Shown here one piece after another: positions 53,088 to 64,000 of a stretch of DNA of 64,000 nucleotides. Source of the DNA: Octopus vulgaris (lineage: Eukaryota); the NCBI GenBank assembly GCA_951406725.2, contig OX597827.1:30256001-30320000 (forward strand). The letters run 5' to 3'. Each line of letters opens with the position of its first letter. Position 1 is the stretch's first letter. The translations under genes were made by a program, and so were the position numbers. The notes beneath the pieces were generated by a model. It was not told the DNA's origin, made no database searches, and was given only the letters and a program-made list of their open reading frames with translations.

Positions 53088-55064
53088 GTGTATCAGACTG
53101 CAAGAAGGGAGGCTAGGAGGCAGGTGTATTTAGCCAGAGGGGAAGCAGATAAGAAAAAATTTGCCAATGTCCTGCGCCGTGAAGATGAAAGACTTGAGGT
53201 ATTTCATGTTGCAAGACAGTATGTGAGAGAGAATCGTGACGTGGTAGGAGAGAAATGTGTTCGCAAGGATGACGGCTCACTTGCGCTAAATGAGGATGCA
53301 AAGAGAGAGGTTTGGAGACGCCACTATGAAAGGTTGCTGAATGAGGAAAATGAATGGGATAAAGAGAGTCTGCCGAATGTTGACCCAACAGAGGGACCAG
53401 CAATACAAGTTGACAGTTCCTTAGTAGATAAGGCAATTAGAAGCATGAAAACAGGGAAAGCCTCAGGCCCATCAGGAATTACTGCAGAGATGCTCAAAAT
53501 ATCTGGTAGTGCTGGCTATAGCATAGTCACCCGTATAGTTAACCAGGTGATACACGAAGGAGTCATTCCCAATGACTGGTGTAGCAGCATAATAGTCAAC
53601 TGCTACAAAGGTAAAGGTGACGCCCTAGATACAAATAACTACAGGGGTATCAAGCTGCTAGATCAGGTAATGAAGGTTACGGAGAGGGTTATAGCCCAAC
53701 AAATTAGAGAGAGAGTTAGCTTAGATCAGATGCAGTTTGGGTTCGTGCCAGGGAAAAGTACTACTGATGCTATTTTCCTGGTAAGACAGCTGCAGGAGAA
53801 ATACCTAGCCAAAGACAAGCCCCTATACCTGGCTTTTGTCGATATGGAGAAAGCCTTCGACAGGGTCCCCCGATCCCTTATCTGGTGGTCAATGAGGAAA
53901 CTAGGGATAGATGAATGGTTAGTGAGAGCTGTACAAGCCATGTACAGAGACGCTGCTAGTAAGGTGAGGGTTGGCACCGAGTACAGTGAAGAATTCCGGG
54001 TAGAGGTTGGGGTCCACCAAGGTTCAGTCCTCAGCCCCCTCCTATTTATCATAGTCCTCCAGGCAATAACGGAGGAATTCAAGACTGGATGCCCCTGGGA
54101 GCTTCTCTATGCTGATGACCTTGCTCTAATTGCTGAGTCTCTATCAGAACTGGAGGAGAAGTTTCAGGTGTGGAAGCAAGGTTTAGAATCGAAGGGCCTT
54201 AGAATCAACCTAGCCAAAACCAAAGTCCTAATAAGTAGGAAGGTAGACCAATCACAAACGCCTTCAGGTAGATGGCCTTGCTCGATCTGTAGAAAAGGCG
54301 TAGGTAGAAACTCTATAAGATGCACCAAATGTAAGCTATGGACACATAAGAGATGTAGTAATGTCAAAGGAAGACTAACTAGGAAAATAGTTTTTATCTG
54401 TGGAATATGCTCAGGAGCAATAAACTCTGAAAATATGCAGAGACCAACTTCTATCACGTTTCAGGGAGAAAAACTAGAAGTAGTTGATAGCTTCCGCTAC
54501 CTAGGTGACCAAGTCAGTAGCGGGGGCGGGTGTGCTGAAAGTGTAACTGCTAGAGTAAGTATAGCCTGGGAAAAGTTTAGAGAGCTCTTACCCCTGCTGG
54601 TGACAAAAGGCCTCTCGCTCAAAGTAAAAGGCAGACTGTATGATGCATGTGTACGTACAGCCATGCTACATGGTAGTGAAACTTGGGCTGTGACTGCTGA
54701 GGATTTACGTAAGCTCGCAAGAAATGAAGCTAGTATGCTCCGTTGGATGTGTAATGTCAGTGTTCATAGTCGACAGAGTGTAAGTACCTTGAGAGAAAAG
54801 TTGGACCTAAGAGGCATCAGATGTTGTGTGCAAGAGAGACGATTGCGCTGGTATGGTCATGTGGCGAGAATGGATGAAGATAGGTGTGTGAAAAAGTGCC
54901 ACACCCTGGCAGTTGAGGGGACCTGTGGAAGAGGTAGACCCAGGAAAACCTGGGTCGAGGTGGTGAAGCATGACCTTCGAACTCTAGGTCTCACCAAGGA
55001 AATGACCAGAGACCGAGACCTATGGAAGTATGCTGTGCGTCAGAAGACCCGGCAAGACCAGTGA
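53088..55064 (+). CDS. RTE ORF2 reverse transcriptase with a PHD-like finger (5'-truncated, no endonuclease)
   Basis: NYRGIKLL, QFGF, AFVDMEKAFDRV, GVHQGSVLSPLLF, YADD, CSIC..CTKC....H..C..CGIC, FRYLG. Confidence 0.9.
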   Translation: MYQTARREARRQVYLARGEADKKKFANVLRREDERLEVFHVARQYVRENRDVVGEKCVRKDDGSLALNEDAKREVWRRHYERLLNEENEWDKESLPNVDPTEGPAIQVDSSLVDKAIRSMKTGKASGPSGITAEMLKISGSAGYSIVTRIVNQVIHEGVIPNDWCSSIIVNCYKGKGDALDTNNYRGIKLLDQVMKVTERVIAQQIRERVSLDQMQFGFVPGKSTTDAIFLVRQLQEKYLAKDKPLYLAFVDMEKAFDRVPRSLIWWSMRKLGIDEWLVRAVQAMYRDAASKVRVGTEYSEEFRVEVGVHQGSVLSPLLFIIVLQAITEEFKTGCPWELLYADDLALIAESLSELEEKFQVWKQGLESKGLRINLAKTKVLISRKVDQSQTPSGRWPCSICRKGVGRNSIRCTKCKLWTHKRCSNVKGRLTRKIVFICGICSGAINSENMQRPTSITFQGEKLEVVDSFRYLGDQVSSGGGCAESVTARVSIAWEKFRELLPLLVTKGLSLKVKGRLYDACVRTAMLHGSETWAVTAEDLRKLARNEASMLRWMCNVSVHSRQSVSTLREKLDLRGIRCCVQERRLRWYGHVARMDEDRCVKKCHTLAVEGTCGRGRPRKTWVEVVKHDLRTLGLTKEMTRDRDLWKYAVRQKTRQDQ

Positions 55065-55109
55065 GAACAATCAAAATCAAATCATATATCAGAAAGCAGG
55101 GGTTAAGTG

Positions 55110-55600
55110 ACCCATCCGTTCGTGTCCGCTGCCAGCCTTGTCTGGCACCCGTGTCGGTGATACGTAAAAGCACCATTCGCTCGTGGCCGTTTGCCAGCTC
55201 TGTCTGGCCCCCGTGTCAGTGGCACGTAAAAGCACTATCCGTTCGTGTTCGTTGCCAGCCTCACCTGGCCCCCGTGCCGGTGACACGTAAAAGCACCGTC
55301 CGTTCATGGCCGTTTGCCAGCTCTGTCTGGCCCCGTGTCAGTGGCACGTAAAAGCACCATCCGTTCGTGTTCGTTGCCAGCCTCGGCTGGCCCCCATGCC
55401 AGTGATACGTAAAAGCACCGTCCGTTCATGGCCGTTTGCCAGCACTGTCTGGTCCCGTGTCGGTGGCACGTAAAAGCACCATCCGTTCGTGTCCGTTGCC
55501 AGCATCGCCTGGCCCCGTGCCGGTGACACGTAAAAGTACCGTCCGTTCGTGGCCGTTTGCCAGCTCTGTCTGGCACCTGTGCAGGTGGCACGTAAAAAAC
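55110..55600 (+). repeat. ~59-bp GC-rich minisatellite in the RTE 3' UTR (about 8 units)
   Basis: Recurring ggcacgtaaaagcaccatccgttcgtg(t/g)ccgtt(t)gccagc. Confidence 0.9.
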
Positions 55601-56561
55601 ACCCACTACACTCGCGGAGTGGTTGGCGTTAGGAAGGGCATCCAGCTTCACAGACCCCAGTTGACCCGTCCAACCCATGCTAGCATGGAAAGCGGACGCT
55701 AAATGATGACGATGATGATGATGATATATATATGTGTGTGTGTGTGTATCCGTATATATATATAACAGAAAAGTCTAATTCTTCAATTGAATGTAACCGA
55801 GCAACGACGGGTATCTCTGCTAGTACTGAAATAGTGGAGAAGAAGTGATATTGCTATGGGCTCGCCCTAGGCAAGAAGTTGAACTTTTTTTTTGCCCATG
55901 AAACTACATGGACCCTAAGTAAGGCATGTGTAAAATTTGAATGAAATTGGTTGTGTAGTTCTCAAGTTTTAGGGAATCGTAGTGGAAAAAGTTGAAAATG
56001 AGAGAGATTTTCATTGATTCTCATTCTTGTTTGTTCTTTTGCACACACATATTTTGGCTGATGCTTACATTGTTCATTGTATTATATCTGCTACTCATCA
56101 CTCATCTTGTCCAGTTTATGTCACTCACTGGTACTGCCCTTTGTAAAGAAATAACAATTTGAGCTGTTTTCCCACTTTCTATCTGTACAGTAATAATAAT
56201 ATTCTAATGGTTGCAACTTTTGGTTCTGTAATGTTCACATTTCAAGAATTCTTCTACTGTCAATTAGAATTTTATTTGTACATACTGGGCATAGCGTTTT
56301 ACCTGGCTGGAGTAGCATCTTTTTTTTTTCTTCCTTACTGAAACGTCGGTCCTTGCTAAGTAAGCTTGAAGGCTCTTTGATTTCATATTTTGCTTCCATA
56401 CCTGGAATTTCTTTTGCACTTTGTTACAGACTCCACTAAGGCAGTTTTAAAATCCTGTTATGGCCTGCAGGATGATGATGAATGAGATAAAACTGAGAAC
56501 CAAGTCCTGGTGAATACCTTCCTGCACACTAAATTTGTCATTGTACTCATAGTGAAATGTC

Positions 56562-57505
56562 TTATTAAGTTGTCAAGAAAGTTCTTGGGGAACTTTTAAT
56601 TTTGGTTTTAAATGATGTATTTTCAAATTAATTTTCATTAAATTACTTTGACTTTATATATCATTTTAAAACCCATTTCCGCCTTATCTAATTGTGTTAC
56701 TCTTTTTATTTTTGAATAATTAGGCCATTTTTTCCAGAACGTTGAATACAACATGGACAAAAAGCAAATTCGCACAGTTTTCTTATTCCAGTTCAAGCTA
56801 GACCAAAAAGCTACTGAAACAGCTTGTGATATCAACGGTGCATTTGGCCCAGGAGCCACTAATGAACATACAGCACAATGGTGGTTCAAGAAATTTCGTA
56901 GCAGTGACAAGAGTCTTGAAGATGATAAGCATAGTGGTCGACAACTATCAACTAAGAGCCTTAGTTGAAGCCAATCCACGCACAACTATTCGAGAGCTTG
57001 CTTCTGAATTAGACATAATGTATACGACAATTTCCAACCACTTAAAAGAGATTGGAAAAACAAAAATACTTGAGAAATGGGTGTTGCATGAATTGAATGG
57101 CAACCCCCCAAAAAAACGCTGTTTTGAAGTGTCGTTTTCCCTTCTTTTACGCAACCAGAATGACCTGTTTCTTGACCAGATTGTGACTTGCAATGAAAAG
57201 TGGATTCTTTACAACAACCAGCAACACTCAGCTCAGTGGTTGGGTGCCAACAAAGCTCCATGGCACTTCCCGAAGCTAAAGTTGCACCAAACGAAGGTCA
57301 TGGTGACTCTATCGTGGTCTGCGGCCGGTCTCATCCGAAACCACCACAGCGGAGAAGTACTGTCAGCAAATGGATGAAATGCATAAGAAATTGCGACAAC
57401 AACAGCTAGCATTGGTCAATAGCAAAGGACCAATTCTTCTCCATGACAATGCTTGGCCGCATGTCGAACAACTGACCCTGCAGAAGTTAAACGAATTGGG
57501 CTACA
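56562..57505 (+). mobile_element. Mariner DNA transposon, degenerate and 3'-truncated
   Basis: MDKKQIR...WFKKFRS...LEDDKHSGR, WVLHEL (cf. WVPHEL), IVTCNEKW, LHDNA. Confidence 0.88.
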
Positions 57506-57514
57506 TCAAATACG

Positions 57515-57960
57515 AGAAGGAGGTAGTGCTGACCTAGATCAAGAGGCTGACTGCTGGAAGACCCTATGTCTAGCAACAGGATTCTGCATCATGCCACACA
57601 AGCAGGAGAACCCAGTTATGGCTATCAGACAATTGCTGTGACCACATTACCCCTAATATCTGGCCACCTAACTCCCAGACTGCAACCACTTTGATTATTA
57701 TGTGTGGGGTACTGTTGAGCAAGAGACCAACAAAACTCCTTTTGCACCAAAGATGAACTGAAGGCAATGATTATGGCACCATTGACCAACTTAAACAAGG
57801 AGACCGTCCAGAGTTGAAGGAAATTCTGAAGTCATCTGGAGGCATGGTTCAAGCCAAAGGCGATTTTATTGAATAAATTTATGCTTTAGTATTTCAAGAT
57901 ATTTTAATGTGATTTTGGTAAATAATTCCGTTAAAATGAGATGTCAGTGTTATTTTCAAT
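57515..57960 (+). mobile_element. DD37D/maT-like transposon 3' fragment
   Basis: QQDSASCHTSRRTQLWL...WPPNS(P)DCNHFDYYVW, with about 37 residues between the last two Asp after correcting one frameshift. Confidence 0.7.
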
Positions 57961-57967
57961 TTTTGAA

Positions 57968-58255
57968 AATTGCTGCCCTTGTGGGGAAATTTGAAACCAT
58001 TACTAGTACTGTTATGAAGCTGCTGACCCTGTGGCGAAATTTCAAACTGTTACTTGTACTGTTCTAAAGTTGCTGTTCCTGTGGCGAAATTTGAGACCGT
58101 TACTAGTACTGTTATGAAGTTACTGTACCTGCAGTGAAATTTGAGACCATTACCCATACTGCTATTAAGTAGCAGCTCCTGTGGCAAAATGTGAGGCTGT
58201 TACTAGTAGTGTTATGGAAGTGCTGCCCCTGTGGCGAAATCTGAGACCGTTGCTA
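57968..58255 (+). repeat. 50-bp minisatellite, about 5.7 units
   Basis: tgctgcccttgtggcgaaatttgagaccattactagtactgttatgaag(t) repeats at 57971, 58021, 58071, 58121, 58171 and 58221. Confidence 0.9.
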
Positions 58256-58266
58256 AAATCTGAGAC

Positions 58267-58378
58267 AGCTCAAGTATACCCTCCTTCGTTAGCCGTGACC
58301 TGAAAACATATACTGAGAGTGATAAAAATCAAACATTCAGTCAACATCACAGCTAACGAAGGAGGGTATACTTGAGCT
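58267..58378. repeat. Inverted repeat with 32-bp arms and a 48-bp loop
   Basis: agctcaagtataccctccttcgttagccgtga / tcacagctaacgaaggagggtatacttgagct (1 mismatch). Confidence 0.9.
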
Positions 58379-58752
58379 TCTTCAAAAGCTTTGTAGTGTG
58401 ATCTTTCCTCTTGTCCTTCATAGGTTGGGATAAAAACTGGTATGAGGAATACCAAATGTCTTCATGCACTACCTGCTTGATAAAGAAACTCAGACACTTC
58501 AATGTACCTGGCGATGGACCTGACTGACTTGGAGGGATTATTGTTAATGGTGACAATTTATCCATTGTATCCTGTACACCACAGGGTCAGCAGTTCCATA
58601 ACACTACAGCAGCGGTCGCAGATTTCTTCAGAGGGGCAGCAGTTACATAACACTACAGCAATGGTCACAGATTTCGCAATAGGACTAGTAATATGTATAT
58701 ATAATGCATATATACAAAGTGTATATATCTGTATTTATATTTATATAAATAT

Positions 58753-61700
58753 ATCATCATCATCAACATCATCATCATTTAGCGTCCGTTTTCCATGCTA
58801 GCATGGGTTGGACGGTTCAACTGGGGTCTGGGGAGCCCGAAGGCTGCACCAGGCCAGTCAGATCTGGCAGTGTTTCTACAGCTGGATGCCCTTCCTAACG
58901 CCAACCACTCCGAGAGTGTAGTGGGTGATTTTATGTGCCACCGACACAGGTGCCAGACGAGGCTGGCGAACGGCCACGCTCGGATGGTGTTTTTTATGTG
59001 CCACCGACACAGGTGCCAGACAAGGCTGGCAGACGGCCACGCTCGGATGGTGTTTTTATGTGCCATCGACACAGGTGCCAGATGAGGCTGGCGAACGGCC
59101 ACGATCGGATGGTGTTTGTTACAGCACGGAGGCCAGTCGATGCGATACTGGCTACGGCCACGTTCGGATGGTTTTCTTGTGTGCCACAGACACTGGTACC
59201 ACAAAGATACAAATTCCATTGATGTTCATCTATTTTGATTTGTTTTGATTTTCACTTGCCTCAACAGGTCTTCACAAGTGTCACAAGAAGGAAGGTATGC
59301 ACAGGTGGACTGACTACGTCCCAGGTAGGGGCCACGGGTTATGGCCTGACTAGTCTTGCCGGGTCTTCGGATGGTGTTTTTATGTGCCACCGACACAGGT
59401 GCCAGATGAGGCTGGCGAACGGCCACGATCGGATGGTGTTTGTTATGTGCCCACAGCACGGAGGCCAGTCGATGCGGTACTGGCTACGGCCACGTTCGGA
59501 TGGTTTTCTTGTGTGCCACGATCAGATGGTGTTTGTTACGTGCCCACAGCACGGAGGCCAGTCGATGCGGTACTGGCTACCGCCACATTCGGATGGTTTT
59601 CTTGTGTGCCACCGGCACTGGTACCACAAAGTTACAAATTCCATTGATGTTCATCTATTTTGATTTGTTTTGATTTGATTTGATTTGATTTTCACTTGCC
59701 TCAACAGGTCTTCACAAGTGTCACAAGAAGGAAGGTATGCACAGGTGGACTGACTACGTCCCAGGTAGGGGCCACGGGTTATGGCCTGACTAGTCTTGCC
59801 GGGTCTTCGGATGGTGTTTTTATGTGCCACCAACACAGGTGCCAGATGAGGCTGGCGAACGGCCACGATCGGAAAGGTGTTTATGTGCCCACAGCACAGA
59901 GGCCAGTCGATGCGGTACTGGCTACGGCCACGTTCGGATGGTTTTCTTGTGTGCCACCGGCACTGGTACCACAAAGATACAAATTCCATTGATGTTCATC
60001 TATTTTGATTTGTTTTGATTTGATTTGATTTTCACTTGCCTCAACAGGTCTTCACAAGTGTCACAAGAAGGAAGGTATGCACAGGTGGACTGACTACGTC
60101 CCAGGTAGGGGCCACGGGTTATGGCCTGACTAGTCTTGCCGGGTCTTCTCACGCACAGCATACTTCCATAGGTCTCGGTCTCTAGTCATTTCCTTAGTGA
60201 GACCTAAAGTTCGAAGGTCGTGCTTCACTACCTCGTCCCAGGTTTTCCTGGGTCTACCTCTTCCACAGGTTCCCTCAACTGCTAGGGTGTAGCACTTTTG
60301 CACACAACTATCTTCAGCCATTCTCGTCACATGACCATACCAGCGCAGCCGTCTCTCTTGCACACCACAACTGACGCTTCTTAGGTTCAACTTTTCTCTC
60401 AAGGTACTTACACTCTGACGATTATGAACACTGACGTTACACATCCATCGGAGCATACTGGCTTCATTTCTTGCGAGCTTACGCATATCCTCAGCAGTCA
60501 AGGTCCATGTTTCACTACCATGTAGCATGGCTGTACGTACACATGCATCATACAGTCTGCCTTTTACTCTGAGCGAGAGGCCTTTTGTCACCAGCAGGGG
60601 TAAGAGCTCTCTAAACTTTGCTCAAGCTATTCTTACTCTAGCAGTTACACTTTCAGCACACCCACCCCTGCTACTGACTTGGTCTCCTAGGTAGCGGAAG
60701 CTATCAACTACTTCTAGTTTGTCTCCCTGGAACGTGGTAGAAGTTGGTCTCTGCACATTTCCAGTGTTTATTGCTCCTGAGCATCTGCCACAGACAAAAA
60801 CTATTTTCCTAGTTAGCCTTCCTTTGACATTGCTGCACCTCTTATGTGTCCATAGCTTACACTTGGTGCACCTTATAGAGTTTCTACCTACACCTTTTTT
60901 ACAGATCGAGCAGGGCCATCTACCTGAAGTCGTTTGTGATTGGTCCACCTTCCTACTTATTAGGACTTTGGTTTTGGCTAGGTTGATTCTAAGGCCCTTC
61001 GATTCTAATCCTTGTTTCCACCCCTGAAACTTCTCCTCCAGTTCTGATAGTGACTCAGCAATTAGAGCAAGGTCATCAGCATAGAGGAGCTCCCAGGTGC
61101 ATCCTGTCTTGAATTCCTCTGTTATTGCCTGGAGGACTATGATAAATAGGAGAGGACTGAGGACTGAACCTTGGTGGACCCCAACCTCTACCCGGAATTC
61201 TTCACTGTACTCGTTGCCAACCCTCACCTTACTAGCAGCGTCTCTGTACTTGGCTTGCACAGCTCTCACTAACCATTCATCTATCCCTAGTTTCCTCATT
61301 GACCACCAGATAAGGGATCGGGGGACCCTGTCAAAGGCCTTCTCCAAGTCAACAAAAGCCAGGTACAAGGGCTTATCTTTGGCTAGGTATTTCTCCTGCA
61401 GCTGTCTTACCAGGAATATAGCATCAGTAGTACTTTTCCCTGGCATGAACCCAAACTGCATATCATCTAAGCTAACTCTCTCTCTAATTAATTGGGCTAT
61501 AACCCTCTCCGTAACCTGATCTAGCAGCTTGATGCCCCTGTAGTTATTTGTATCTAGGGTGTCGCCTTTACCTTTGTAGCAGTTGACTATTATGCTGCTA
61601 CACCAGTCATTGGGTATGACTCCTTCGTGTATCACCTGGTTAACTATACGGGTGACTAAGCTATAGCCGACACTACCAGATATTTTGAGCATCTCTGCAG

Positions 61701-62657
61701 TAATTCCTGATGGGCCTGGGGCTTTCCCTGTTTTCATGCTTCTAATTGCCTTATCTACTAAGGAACTTTTAACTTGGATTGCTGGTCCCTCTGTTGGGTC
61801 GACATTCGGCAGACTCTCTTTATCCCATTCATTTTCCTCATTCAGCAACCTTTCATAGTGGCGTCTCCAAGCCTCTCTCTTTGCATCCTCATTTAGTGCA
61901 AGTGAACCGTCATCCTTGCGAACACATTTCTCTCCTACCACGTCACGATTCTCTCTCACACACTGTCTAGCAACATGAAATACCTCAAGTCTTTCATCCT
62001 CACGGCGCAGGACATTGGCAAATTTTTCCTTATCTGCCTCCCCTCTGGCTAGATAGACCTGTCTCCTAGCTTCCCTTCTGGCAGTCTGATACACTTCCCT
62101 GCTACCACCGTTCTTCCAGGCCTTCCAAGCCTGTTTCTTTTGTCTAATAGCCCTGTCAACAATATTGTTCCACCACCACGTTATTTTGGGTCTTAAGGGG
62201 ACTTTGCACCAGCCACAGATCTGGTCAGTGGCTTTCAGCAGGTTGTCCCTCAGAAGCGTCCAGTTGTCTTCTACCCCCTGCGTAGCTATACCCCCTTCCA
62301 TTTCGTCAAAGGCTTCAAGTAACATGTCTCTAAATCTCTGTCCATTCACAAGGTCTTTAAGCATCCAGACCCTTCTTCTCCATGTTGGTCGTCTTCTAGT
62401 CGCCCTCTTAGTCCTGATCCTAAAGTCACTAACTACCAGTCTATGTTGTGGGGTGCATTCTTCGCCTGGGAAGGTTTTGGCATTTATAAGCAGCCATCTT
62501 TCCCTTTTTCTGGCAAGGATGTAGTCGATTTGGCTAGTATGCCAGCCCGATCGGTAGGTGACCAGGTGGCTTGTCGGTTTCCTGAAGTTAGTGTTGCAAA
62601 CCATAAGACTATTCGCATCGCAGAACTCCAGCAGCCTGGTTCCCTCCTCGTTGCGGG
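58753..62657 (-). mobile_element. RTE LINE, 5'-truncated within the endonuclease, with a triplicated 3' UTR
   Basis: ORFs 60622-62604 and 60130-60591 are separated by one premature TGA; near-identical to 53088-55064. Confidence 0.95.
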
Positions 62658-64000
62658 TATTATATAATCATCACAACAAACATGAACAATCAACGTCGCC
62701 TATTGTCTCCCTTGATAAAAGGACTTTCACTTTGTTTCCCGCCAAAACAATTAACTTGTACAACAATGGCAGTCGAATAAAGTATCTTGTATCGTTAACA
62801 CGTTGTTTCAGTCTCTCTCATTTTCTTAATCTTTCATACTAAGTACTCACTACTTCCTTTAATACTCAATACAATATATATATATAACAACAACATGGTG
62901 TCAGAATACTAAAAGAACCCAAAATACAGAAACCAAAGGAAAAAAGAAGTTGAAATCATACTTCAAAGACGAAATGGAAAATTTACCGCATCCAAAAGAC
63001 CTAGACTTTAATCAGGAAAATCTAGCCGCAGCATGAAAAAAGTGGAAAAAAGAATTCAATCTCTTTTTGATAGCAACAGAAAGTGACATGAAGCCAGACA
63101 AAGTAAAAACTTCAATGTTTTTAACTTGCATCGGTTCTAAAGGCCGAGATATCCATTCCACACTGGATTTCGATTCACCCGACGAAGAAATGAACCTTCA
63201 GACAGTAATCGAAAAATTCGATGCATAATGTGAACCCAGGAAAAACATAACTTTCCTAAGACACAAATTCTTCACATGTGGACAAGCGGAACATCAAAAA
63301 TTCGATGAGTACGTAGTAGAGTTGCGCCAAAAGGCACAACAGTGCGAATTCGGCAACCTCACAGACAGTCTCACCAAAGATATTCTGATATGTGGAATCA
63401 GAGACATGAGATTAAGAGAAATATTATTGAGAGAACCAAATTTAGACCTACAAAAAACAATTCAAGCAGGTCAGAGTGCAGAGCAAACACGACTCCAATC
63501 AAGGATGCTAAATGCCACATCCAAAACAAGAGATAACGAAATCTCGAGGGTATATAGTCAACACGACAGAAAAGGCGCCAAAACTCAAATAACCCGCCAT
63601 ATGCAATCCAGACATCAAAACGAACAAGGCGGAAGTGACAGAAAGCCCGCGAAGTTTCAAGCGCCAAGTCAACACTACGTCACTAACTGTCACTATTGTG
63701 GTTATAATCACAAAAGAAATAAATGCCCAGCATTTCACAAGACATGTGAAAAATGCAAGAAACAAGGACACTATGCAAAAATGTGCAAATCAAGAAAATT
63801 TGTACATAAAGTAGAGATACATACCGACGATGAATCAGATGACGATACACATGCACTCGAAATGATCACTGCAAATAATTCCCGCGTGCACAAAATCGAA
63901 AAGTTCAAGACTCCAAAAGACATTTGGACGGTCGAACTAAAAGTGAACAACTCGAATGTAACATTCAAAATAGATACAGGAGCAGACGTAACCGTACTGC
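62658..64000 (+). mobile_element. Gypsy LTR retrotransposon 5' part (partial LTR, PBS, gag-protease), degenerate; continues beyond the right edge
   Basis: LTR-like end ...ACA at 62895. Gag from ATG 62974 (KWKKEFNLFLIA, CEFG, DILICGIRD) has in-frame stops, two Zn knuckles (CHYCGYNH..C, CEKCKKQGHYAKMC) and the protease motif FKIDTGADVTVL. Confidence 0.88.
62896..62906 (+). promoter_or_regulatory. Primer-binding site (tRNA-Leu-like)
   Basis: TGGTGTCAGAA directly after the LTR-terminal CA. Confidence 0.7.

Larger units (their letters stand above)
52955..55725 (+). mobile_element. RTE LINE, 5'-truncated, young; (GAT)n tail
   Basis: Uninterrupted 658-aa ORF, a ~59-bp minisatellite in the 3' UTR and a tgatgacgatgatgat tail. 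Confidence 0.95.
50176..55823 (+). mobile_element. Non-autonomous Helitron with both termini, carrying a PIF1 remnant and an RTE insertion
   Basis: A|TCTCTATAAATATAAAA at 50176; accgagcaacgacgggtatctctgCTAG|T at 55823; inserted between A and T with no TSD. Confidence 0.9.
48762..55976 (-). mobile_element. Non-autonomous Helitron (host copy, minus strand), split by the insertion at 50176-55823
   Basis: 3' end on the minus strand acctggcaacgacgggtcataatgCTAG|T at 48762. The segments 48762-50175 and 55824-55976 join seamlessly and match the 5' region of the plus-strand copy. Confidence 0.8.

Noticed and set aside
56753-57505. SETMAR-like host gene
   Set aside because: There is no SET domain; it is a plain mariner transposase with stops and frameshifts.
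57968-58255. Regular repeats resembling a CRISPR array (also 55110-55600)
   Set aside because: The units are contiguous with no unique spacers, the context is eukaryotic and there are no cas genes.
58267-58390. Possible hammerhead in the 112-bp hairpin
   Set aside because: The minus strand has TTGAAGA before the stem but no GAAA-stem III-NUH after it.
58690-58752. Left part of the Gypsy LTR, with an RTE target-site duplication matching 62658-62675
   Set aside because: There is only loose AT-rich similarity (ttatataa), which cannot be confirmed without the 3' LTR.

Overview
Repeat-dense eukaryotic (metazoan) genomic DNA, most likely an octopod cephalopod; this is inferred from a tRNA-derived SINE resembling Octopus SINEs, very long (TA)n tracts, (TTAGGG)n and the LINE repertoire. 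Nearly all long ORFs are transposon-derived or are translations of microsatellites. The window holds a Helitron Rep 5' half; several Helitron/PIF1 derivatives, including a three-layer nest (Helitron inside an antisense Helitron, with an RTE inside that); two tandem Tx1-like LINEs sitting in (TCTA)n; several RTE LINEs with an embedded PHD-like finger; R4/Dong-like fragments in (TAA)n; CR1-like, Penelope GIY-YIG, mariner and DD37D fragments; and the 5' part of a Gypsy LTR element. Two things are not evident from the ORF track. (1) A spliced host gene on the + strand whose joined exons resemble small vasohibin-binding protein (SVBP). (2) A set of long palindromes or inverted repeats at 3.8-7.9 kb and 31.7 kb whose arms carry type I hammerhead-ribozyme cores on both strands, in a Penelope pLTR/retrozyme-like architecture. 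All assignments come from manual reading and recalled motifs; no database searches were run.
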